A stretch of 17,923 nucleotides of DNA, taken from contig JAWSUI010000068.1 in NCBI GenBank assembly GCA_033551855.1, positions 1-17,923 of the forward strand. Direction: 5' to 3'. This stretch comes from Deferrisomatales bacterium. GTDB lineage: Bacteria; Desulfobacterota; Deferrisomatia; Deferrisomatales; JACRMM01. A program made the translations under genes and the position numbers. The notes below the pieces were generated by a model. It was given only the letters and a program-made list of their open reading frames with translations. It was not told the DNA's origin and ran no database searches. Shown one piece after another: positions 8,632 through 15,714 of the stretch. Numbering within the stretch: position 1 is the stretch's first letter; the number at the start of each line of letters is the position of its first letter.

Positions 8632-9001
8632 GAGCCTCGTCCAGGGGCTCCGCGGCGCCTAAGGGGATGTCGCGATGGCGGTTGCAAGCCATCGCACTAC
8701 TTGTCTCGTAACCGGACCCTGCGGCCGTCACTGGCAGCCACCGAATCCCGAGGAACTTCGGAGACGGGGCCGTCGTGGTTCGACCTCGAGGGACGCCCCC
8801 CTGGCACAGCCGTCTCAGTCGAACAACGGCCCGAGCCAGCGGGCCGTTGGATCGTTCAGGTCAGACGGGCAGCACAACTCCCTCCGTGGTTACGTGCACG
8901 GCGAGCGCCGTCCGGCTCGCTCTTGGTACAGGGGGGACGAGGCTCCCACCCTTCCTGCCCCGGTTCCCCGCTTTGCTTCCGGCGCGGAAATGACGGAGCG
9001 C

Positions 9002-9030
9002 TTGACGCCCGATAATTGCAGCTGTACGGT
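9002..9030 (+). promoter_or_regulatory. Putative sigma70 promoter for cassette 2
   Basis: TTGACG (9002-9007), 17 bp spacer, TACGGT (9025-9030), about 50 bp upstream of the second dctP ATG. Confidence 0.5.
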
Positions 9031-9048
9031 GTTCATCGTCACTGCACA
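9030..9048 (+). promoter_or_regulatory. Candidate operator for the XRE-cupin regulator
   Basis: Imperfect palindrome TGTTCA-N7-TGCACA directly downstream of the -10 element. It resembles GTTCA..TGAAC-type sites of PuuR/PauR-like regulators (from memory). Confidence 0.4.
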
Positions 9049-9081
9049 TGGCGCACCCGCGCCGCCCGAGAGGAGACTGCC

Positions 9082-10062
9082 ATGAAGAAGCTGCTCCTGA
9101 CCGTCCCGGCACTCGCACTGTGCCTGACGTTCGGCCTGCCGCCCGCAGCCCCGGCGCAGGAGATCGTCCTCAAGCTCGCACACATCACCGCGCCGGGAGG
9201 CATGCTCGACCAGCGGGCGCAGAAGTTCGCCGAGCTCGTGGCGGCGAAGACCAACGGGAAGGCCAGGATCGAGATCTACCCCGCACAGCAGCTCGGCAAC
9301 ATCCGAGAGATCCTCCAGGGGATCAGCCTGGGCACCATCGACATGGCCCAGGAGTCCGAGTCGTTCATGGACGCCTACGACAAGGACTACACGATCTTCG
9401 GCACGCCTTTCATGTTCAGCCGCGACGAGCTCCAGCAAAACACCTATATCGACGAGGTGCGCGAGCGCGTCCGCGGCAGGACCGACATTCGCACCCTGCC
9501 CGGTTTCGCCTTCCGGCCCGCCTTCCACCTTTGGACCCAGCGGCGCCAGGTCCTCACCCCCGACGAGCTCCGGGGGATCAAGCTGCGGGTCTGGCAGTCC
9601 AAAGCGCTCGTCGATACCTGGAACGGCCTGGGGGCAACGGCGGTTCCCCTGCCCTGGGGCGATGTGTACCTCTCCCTCTCCCAGGGGGTCGTGAATGGGA
9701 TGGTCCACAATATCGTCCAGGTCCGTGACGAGAAATTCTACGAGCAGCTCAACTATGCCACCAAGCTCGACTTCATGCAGCTCTACGACGTCACCTGGAT
9801 CAATGACGGCAAGTTCCGCTCCCTCCCTGCCGATGTGCAAAAGGCGCTCACCGAGGCCGCCCTGGAGTCCGCCGAGTGGTTCGTCGGTCACGGACAGAGC
9901 CTGGAAGCCGAGGCCCAGAAGCAGATGGCCGATGCCGGCATCGTCTTCGCCGAGGGCGACCGGCCGGCCTGGGTCGCCAAGGCCGGCGCGGTCCACAAGG
10001 AACTGGAGAAGGCGGGCCTGTGGTCGCCCGGCCTCCTGAAAAAGCTCGGCAAGGAGCAGTAG
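9082..10062 (+). CDS. dctP: TRAP transporter substrate-binding protein (DctP/SiaP-like)
   Basis: GAGGAG RBS and a signal peptide (MKKLLL...APA). Motifs IVLKLAH, IEIYPAQQLG, ELRGIKLRV (carboxylate-binding Arg position) and LPWGDVYLSLSQGVVNG are present. Confidence 0.93.
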   Translation: MKKLLLTVPALALCLTFGLPPAAPAQEIVLKLAHITAPGGMLDQRAQKFAELVAAKTNGKARIEIYPAQQLGNIREILQGISLGTIDMAQESESFMDAYDKDYTIFGTPFMFSRDELQQNTYIDEVRERVRGRTDIRTLPGFAFRPAFHLWTQRRQVLTPDELRGIKLRVWQSKALVDTWNGLGATAVPLPWGDVYLSLSQGVVNGMVHNIVQVRDEKFYEQLNYATKLDFMQLYDVTWINDGKFRSLPADVQKALTEAALESAEWFVGHGQSLEAEAQKQMADAGIVFAEGDRPAWVAKAGAVHKELEKAGLWSPGLLKKLGKEQ

Positions 10063-10076
10063 CAGGCCCCCCGCTG

Positions 10077-10116
10077 CGGCCCTCCGCCCCCACGGAACGG
10101 GGACGGCGGAGGGCCG
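10077..10116 (+). other. 12-bp stem-loop between dctP and dctQ (cassette 2)
   Basis: cggccctccgcc (10077-10088) and ggcggagggccg (10105-10116) are perfect reverse complements. No U-tract. Confidence 0.55.
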
Positions 10117-10144
10117 GTTCCTGCGCAAGCCCGGAGGAACGGCC

Positions 10145-10654
10145 ATGTGGCTGCGCCGCCTCAATCTCTTCGTCTCCCGCGTGCTGGACGCCGTGATCGG
10201 CCTGTTCATGGTCGCCACGGTAGGGGTCCTCTTCGTCGGGGTGGTGACCCGCTATGTCTTCAACGCCCCCCTGTTCTGGGCGGAGGAGGTCACTGTCCTG
10301 GGACTGGTCTGGATGACGTTCCTGGCCGGGGCGATCCTGGTCCGCACCGACAAGAACGTCTCGATCACCGTGATCTCCGACCTCTGCCGCCCCCACCATT
10401 CGCGGGTACTGCGGGCGGTGTCGGATCTGCTAGTGCTGGTCATCCTCGTCGTGATGCTGTGGCAGAGTTGGCGGCTCACGGGTCGGCTCGCCTTCAGCAC
10501 CACCCCAGCCCTGCGGCTCAGCGAGGCCTGGTTCGGGCGGGCGCTGATCGTCGGGTTCTCCCTGATGCTCTTTTATCAAGTGCAACGCTTCGTGGGGGCC
10601 CTGCGGGACCGGGACCCCTTCCCGGAGGACGCCGCGGACCGGTGCAAGCTATGA
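10145..10654 (+). CDS. dctQ: TRAP transporter small permease
   Basis: 169 aa with VVTRYVFNAPLFWAEE, VWMTFLAG and TPALRL motifs; GGAGG RBS. Confidence 0.93.
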   Translation: MWLRRLNLFVSRVLDAVIGLFMVATVGVLFVGVVTRYVFNAPLFWAEEVTVLGLVWMTFLAGAILVRTDKNVSITVISDLCRPHHSRVLRAVSDLLVLVILVVMLWQSWRLTGRLAFSTTPALRLSEAWFGRALIVGFSLMLFYQVQRFVGALRDRDPFPEDAADRCKL

Positions 10655-11934
10655 ACGCCCTCCTGCTGGTCGGCGCGCTCCTCGTCCTCATGGCGATGCG
10701 GGTGCCGGTGGTTTTCTCCCTGCTCCTGTCGTGCCTGTTTTACATCCTCTTCCTCAACCCCATCCCGATGGTCGTCCTGGCCCACCGGATGGTGGGGAGC
10801 CTCCAGGCCTTCCCCCTCCTGGCCCTGCCCCTCTACATCCTGGCGGCAGACATCATGAACTCGGGGCGGATCTCGGAGGAGATGTTTCGGTTCGCCCGAA
10901 GCCTCGTCGGGCACATCCGGGGATCACTGGGCCACGTGAACGTGGTGGCCTCGATGGTCTTCGCCGGCATGTCCGGGTCCATCACCGCAGACACGGCGGG
11001 CTTGGGGAAGATCGAGATCCCCATGATGGTCAAGGCCGGCTACGACAAGCCTTTCGCGGTGGCCGTGACGGGCGCGAGCTCGATCATTGGGCCGATCATG
11101 CCCCCGAGCATCCAGATGATCCTCTACGGCATGATTGCCGAGGTCTCGGTGGGGCGTCTCTTCGTCGGAGGGGCCATTCCCGGCGTGGTCATGGGGATCG
11201 CCATCATGGCGGCCATCTATTTCTACGCCGTGCGGCGCAACTACCCCCGGGACCCGCGCCGGGCGGCCCTGGCCGAGGTCTGGGCGAGCTTTCGGAAGTC
11301 CTTCTTCGCCCTTCTGACCCCGGTGATCATCCTGGGCGGGATCGTCACGGGCATCTTCACCCCCACCGAGGCGGCGGTGGTCGCCGTGGCGTATGCGTTC
11401 CTGATCTCGTTCTTCGTCTACCGCACGCTCAAGCTTTCCCAACTCCTGCCCATGATGGTGGGCTCCGCGGTGACCACGGGGATGATCCTCGTGATCATGG
11501 GGGCGGCATCGGTCTTCGGCTGGATCGTGACCATGGAGAACGTGCCCGTCCTGATCCGCGACGCCATCATGGCCGCGACGGACAAACAGTGGGTAGTCCT
11601 CCTGATCCTCAACGTGGTCTTCCTGATCGCGGGCTGCTTCTTCGACATCTGCGCGATCATTCTGGTCTTCACGCCCATGATCCTGCCGGTGCTCCATGCC
11701 TTCCAGATCGACCTGATCCACTGGGGGGTGGTGGAGGTCCTGAACGTCTGCATCGGGTTTCTCACGCCCCCCTTCGGCGTCGGCCTCTACGTGCTTGCAG
11801 ATCTCTCCGGGCTCACGGTCGCGCAGGTGACACGGGCGGTGGCTCCGTTTCTCGTGCCCCTGCTCGTCACCCTGATCCTCATCACCTACATTCCCCAACT
11901 CGTCCTCTGGTTGCCGGGCGTCGTCTTCGGCTGA
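10651..11934 (+). CDS. dctM: TRAP transporter large permease
   Basis: The start at ATG 10651 overlaps the dctQ stop. Motifs FPLLALPLY, FAGMSGS, GPIMPPSI, GIFTPTEAA and LTPPFG are present. Confidence 0.95.
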   Translation: MNALLLVGALLVLMAMRVPVVFSLLLSCLFYILFLNPIPMVVLAHRMVGSLQAFPLLALPLYILAADIMNSGRISEEMFRFARSLVGHIRGSLGHVNVVASMVFAGMSGSITADTAGLGKIEIPMMVKAGYDKPFAVAVTGASSIIGPIMPPSIQMILYGMIAEVSVGRLFVGGAIPGVVMGIAIMAAIYFYAVRRNYPRDPRRAALAEVWASFRKSFFALLTPVIILGGIVTGIFTPTEAAVVAVAYAFLISFFVYRTLKLSQLLPMMVGSAVTTGMILVIMGAASVFGWIVTMENVPVLIRDAIMAATDKQWVVLLILNVVFLIAGCFFDICAIILVFTPMILPVLHAFQIDLIHWGVVEVLNVCIGFLTPPFGVGLYVLADLSGLTVAQVTRAVAPFLVPLLVTLILITYIPQLVLWLPGVVFG

Positions 11935-11968
11935 GGGCGCGGGAGCTCCCCACGGCAAAGGTGAGAGC

Positions 11969-13114
11969 ATGACCTCAAAAGAACGCGTGCTGGCAGCCCT
12001 GAACCACCAGGAACCGGACCGGGTGCCCCTCGACCTGGGCGGGTGGGTGACCACGATCTCGGTGGTCACCTACAACCGCCTCCTGACCCTCCTGGGGATC
12101 GAACGGGAGCGGGAGGTCTTCGACTGGCTGCGCCAGAACGTGGCCCCCGAGGAGGACGTCCTGGAGTGGCTGGGGGTGGATACGCGCTACGTCCACCCGG
12201 GCAGCCCCAAGTCGTGGACCTTCGCGCCCGAGGAGACGGAGCAGGGCCTCTATGTGACCGACGAGTGGGGGTGCGGGTTCCTAAAACCCCTCAGCAGCCT
12301 CTACTACAACCTGGTCCACAGCCCCCTGGAGCGGGCGGGCCTCGGGGACTTGGACGCCCATCCATGGCCCGACCCCAGGGATCCCGGCTACGTCGATGGC
12401 GTCGGGGCGCGGGCGCGGGCACTCCACGACGAGGGCCGATACGCGGTCGTGGGGAATTTCGGCTGGGAGTCGTGGTTCGAGCGCGCGTGGAAGCTGCGCG
12501 GGATGGAGCGCTTCTACATGGACATGGTCCGAAACCGCGACCTGGTCCACGCCCTCCTCGACAAGACCGTGAACTTGCACCTCGAGTTCCTGGACCACGT
12601 GCTCTCGGTGTGCGGGCCCTATCTCGACGTGGTCATCCAGGGGGGGGACCTGGCGGGCCAGAAAACGACCCTCATGTCCCCGAAGGACTACCGGGAGTTC
12701 ATCAAGCCCCGTCAGGCCAGGGTTGTGGAGTTCCTTCGCAAGCGGACGTCAGCGAAGATCTTCTGGCACTCTTGCGGGGCGGTTTCGAGCCTGGTGCCGG
12801 ACTTCATCGAGGTGGGCATCGACATCCTCAACCCGGTTCAGGTCCGGGCCCACAACATGGACGCCGAGTCGCTGAAGGAGCGCTTCGGGAAGGATATGGT
12901 TTTCTGGGGCGGCATCGACTCCCAGCACCTTCTCCCGACGGGGACGGTCGAGGAGGTGGACGGCGAGGTCCGGCGCGTCGTACGAGCGCTGGGCCCCGGC
13001 GGCGGGCTCGTGCTGTGCGCGGTGCACAATATCCAGGCCGACGTGCCGCCGGAGAACGTTCTGGCGCTGTACGATGGGGCGCGCCGCTGGGGGCGCTACC
13101 CCCTCCTGGGGTAG
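11969..13114 (+). CDS. Uroporphyrinogen decarboxylase-superfamily protein, probable corrinoid methyltransferase (MT1-type)
   Basis: Motifs MTSKERVLAALNHQEPDRVPLDLG, TDEWG, LRGME, FWHSCG, LNPVQ, FWGGID and AVHNIQADVPPEN. Confidence 0.85.
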   Translation: MTSKERVLAALNHQEPDRVPLDLGGWVTTISVVTYNRLLTLLGIEREREVFDWLRQNVAPEEDVLEWLGVDTRYVHPGSPKSWTFAPEETEQGLYVTDEWGCGFLKPLSSLYYNLVHSPLERAGLGDLDAHPWPDPRDPGYVDGVGARARALHDEGRYAVVGNFGWESWFERAWKLRGMERFYMDMVRNRDLVHALLDKTVNLHLEFLDHVLSVCGPYLDVVIQGGDLAGQKTTLMSPKDYREFIKPRQARVVEFLRKRTSAKIFWHSCGAVSSLVPDFIEVGIDILNPVQVRAHNMDAESLKERFGKDMVFWGGIDSQHLLPTGTVEEVDGEVRRVVRALGPGGGLVLCAVHNIQADVPPENVLALYDGARRWGRYPLLG

Positions 13115-13169
13115 ACGGGGCAGAGGCCCGCCGTCCCAGCAAGAGAACGACAGGACAGGGGAGGGAAGA

Positions 13170-13712
13170 ATGGCAGTCGCAAGCCGAATCCGGGAGCTTC
13201 GAGAGGAGAAGGCCCTCTCGGTGCGCGGGCTCGCGGCCGCTTCCGGGATCTCCCCCAGCATGCTCAGCCAGATCGAGACCGAGAAGGTGGACCCCTCCCT
13301 GTCCACCCTGCGCAAGCTCGCCTTGGCCCTCGACGTGCCCCTCTTCTACCTGGCATTGGAACAGGCTTCGCCCCCGGCGCGCCTCGTCAAGGAAAAGGAC
13401 CGCCGCAGGGTCGTCTTCCCCAAGGCCGGACTCGTGTACGAGATCATCCACTCCGATCTACAAAAGAAGATGGGAATCATGATCGGCACCCTGGAACCGG
13501 GGGGCGCTACCAGTGACGAACCCCTGGGCCACGCCGGGGAGGAGTGCCTGGTTATGGTTTCCGGACGCATGATGATCCGGGTGGGCCAGGAGACGATGGA
13601 GTTGGAAAGGGGCGACAGCCTCTACTTCGACAGCTCGATCCCGCACCGTCTCTTCAACGCCGGGGAAGAGCCCTGCACCTTCCACCTGATCATCACCCCC
13701 CCGAAGTTCTAG
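13170..13712 (+). CDS. XRE-family HTH regulator with C-terminal cupin domain (PuuR-like)
   Basis: HTH RIRELREEKALSVRGLA...SMLSQIE...PSLSTLRKLA; cupin HAGEE...GDSLYFDSSIPH. ATG 13170 follows a GGAGGG RBS. Confidence 0.93.
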   Translation: MAVASRIRELREEKALSVRGLAAASGISPSMLSQIETEKVDPSLSTLRKLALALDVPLFYLALEQASPPARLVKEKDRRRVVFPKAGLVYEIIHSDLQKKMGIMIGTLEPGGATSDEPLGHAGEECLVMVSGRMMIRVGQETMELERGDSLYFDSSIPHRLFNAGEEPCTFHLIITPPKF

Positions 13713-13770
13713 CGGATCGCAGGTCCCCGGTAGGCTACCCCCAGGATCTCGACGTTCAGGAGCGAAAGCC

Positions 13771-14397
13771 ATGGCCATCCAAGACATCTTCAACGCGGTG
13801 CTCGACTTCGAAGAGGAGGGCATGCCCGCTCTGGTCCAGAAGGAAATCGACGCCGGCAGGGACGTCCAGTCGGTCTTGAACGACGGCCTCATTGCCGCCA
13901 TGGACGAGGTGGGCAAGCGCTTCTCCGAGGGCGAGCTCTTCGTGCCCGAGATGCTCATGGCGGCCCAGGCCATGAAGGCCGGCTTGGCGGTGCTGCGGCC
14001 CCTGCTGGCCGATGCCGACGCAAAGCCCAAGGGCACCATCGTCATCGGCACGGTGAAGGGCGACCTCCACGACATCGGCAAAAACCTGGTCTCGATGATG
14101 CTGGAAGGCGCGGGGTTCAAAGTGATCGACCTGGGGGTAGATGTGGAGACCGACACGTTCCTGGCCGCAGCCGCCGAGCACGAAGCGCAGATCGTGGCCA
14201 TGTCGGCCCTGCTGACCACGACCATGCCGGCCATGGAGGCCACGGTGGCGGCCATCAAACAGAAGAGGCTCGCCCTCAAGACCATGGTGGGCGGGGCCCC
14301 GGTCACCGAGGCCTTTGCCAACAAGATCGGTGCTACCGGCTACAGCGAGGACGCCCCCGGGGCCGTGGAACTCGCCCGGCGGCTCCTCGCGGCGTGA
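13771..14397 (+). CDS. Corrinoid (cobalamin-binding) methyl-carrier protein 2
   Basis: GLIAAMDEVG, ELFVPEML, GTVKGDLHDIGKN, MSALLTTT and MVGGAPV motifs; AGGAG RBS. Confidence 0.95.
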   Translation: MAIQDIFNAVLDFEEEGMPALVQKEIDAGRDVQSVLNDGLIAAMDEVGKRFSEGELFVPEMLMAAQAMKAGLAVLRPLLADADAKPKGTIVIGTVKGDLHDIGKNLVSMMLEGAGFKVIDLGVDVETDTFLAAAAEHEAQIVAMSALLTTTMPAMEATVAAIKQKRLALKTMVGGAPVTEAFANKIGATGYSEDAPGAVELARRLLAA

Positions 14398-14530
14398 GGC
14401 CATGCGCCGAGAATGAGAACGAAAACGGGGGCGCTGGACGCTGAGGGACAAGAAAGGGCGTCGAGGAGAATCGGCGTTCCGCGTTCTCAGATTCCAGGCT
14501 TCCAGGGTTAGAGACCGGAGGGAGCGGGCG

Positions 14531-15340
14531 ATGATCGTCGTCGGAGAACTCATCAACGCCAGCCGCAAGGCCATGGGGCCGGCCATCGAGAACAAGGACA
14601 GGGCCGAGATCCAGCGGGTGGCGAAAGAGCAGCGCGACGCCGGCGCCGACTACATCGACGTCAACGCCGGTATCTTCGTGGGACAGGAGGCCGAATACCT
14701 CACCTGGCTCGTCCAGACCGTGCAGGAGGCCTTGGAGGTCCCGTGCTGCCTCGACAGCCCCGATCCCCGGGCCATCGAGGCCGCCCTCCTGGTCCACAAA
14801 GGGCCGGACGCGCCCATGATCAACTCCATCAGCCTGGAGAAGGCCCGCTATGAGGCACTGTTGCCGCTGGTGGCTGGCACGGATTTCAAGGTGGTGGCGC
14901 TGTGCATGAGCGATGAGGGCATGCCTGAGACTGCCGACCAGCGTCTCGCCATTGCAGACAGGCTCATCGAGGGCCTTACCGCTGCGGGCGTGTCCCTCGG
15001 CAACATCTTCATAGACCCCTTGGTCCAGCCCCTCTCCACCCGCAGCGACTTCGGGGTCGAGTTCCTCAACGCCATCGAGGGGATCATGGCCCGCTTCCCC
15101 GGGGTCCATACGATGTGCGGGCTGTCCAACATCAGCTTCGGCCTGCCCGAGCGGAAGCTCCTCAACCAGACCTTCGCGGTGATGGCCGTGGCCAAAGGAC
15201 TCGACGGCCTCATCATCAACCCCTTGGACCGCCGCTTGATGGCCGACCTGATCGCAGCAGAGGCCTTGGCGGGCCGGGACGACTACTGCATGACCTACCT
15301 CAAGGCCTACCGCGCCAAGCGGTTTGAGGGGCTTTCCTGA
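14531..15340 (+). CDS. Methyltetrahydrofolate:corrinoid methyltransferase (pterin-binding, AcsE/MT2-like)
   Basis: Motifs IVVGELINASRK, GADYIDVN, LDSPD, MINSIS, IDPLV and GLSNISFGLP, typical of the MetH pterin domain/AcsE family. Confidence 0.93.
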   Translation: MIVVGELINASRKAMGPAIENKDRAEIQRVAKEQRDAGADYIDVNAGIFVGQEAEYLTWLVQTVQEALEVPCCLDSPDPRAIEAALLVHKGPDAPMINSISLEKARYEALLPLVAGTDFKVVALCMSDEGMPETADQRLAIADRLIEGLTAAGVSLGNIFIDPLVQPLSTRSDFGVEFLNAIEGIMARFPGVHTMCGLSNISFGLPERKLLNQTFAVMAVAKGLDGLIINPLDRRLMADLIAAEALAGRDDYCMTYLKAYRAKRFEGLS

Positions 15341-15714
15341 GGCGGTGCAGCCACACCGGGCGAGTCCACACCGTCTTGGAAGCAGCGCCGGAAGTTTGTT
15401 TCGATCTGCGGAGCGAACCCAGCGGCGATTGTGTAGCTTCCCAGGCCCCCGGCGGCACGACGCACCAGAGCAGCATGAGTCGCCTTCCTTTTCGCGGCCA
15501 GTGGGCAGGATGTTTACTGGGAAGCGTTTTCCCGCTGGACCGATCGTCGGGTGTGCTCGGCCCGGGCCCTCATCGGTGACATCGCCGGCGGGCTGGACTC
15601 CACGAGAGCCGTGAGGCGCTCGATGCGGTGGTGCACGCGCGATGCCTCGGCCAGGATTACGGATCATCGCGACTTTGCGGTGTGGAGCGGAGATCGCAAC
15701 GGAAAGAGGGTCGC

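Noticed and set aside
5857..13114. URO-D-family genes as heme-biosynthesis hemE
   Set aside because: There is no RQAGR motif, metal-ligand motifs are present, and the context is corrinoid methyl transfer.
13112..13712. Pyrrolysine readthrough at TAG stops in a methyltransferase cluster
   Set aside because: The TAG codons fall at natural family C-termini, and no MttB/MtmB-type gene or pyl genes are seen.
13771..15340. Split methionine synthase (metH)
   Set aside because: There is no homocysteine-binding or SAM-activation domain, and a RACo-type activator is present instead.
15341..15714. Cobalamin riboswitch upstream of the activator (contains ACTGGGAAG)
   Set aside because: Other conserved elements (CCCGC-ACTGT, GCCACTG context, terminal AGYCAG-AGACC) are not found in order.
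1957..15714. Extended N-termini in the ORF track (1957, 6567, 7660, 9016, 10147, 13074, 15628)
   Set aside because: The extensions overlap neighbouring genes or promoters. Downstream ATGs have RBSs or ATGA coupling and match family N-termini.
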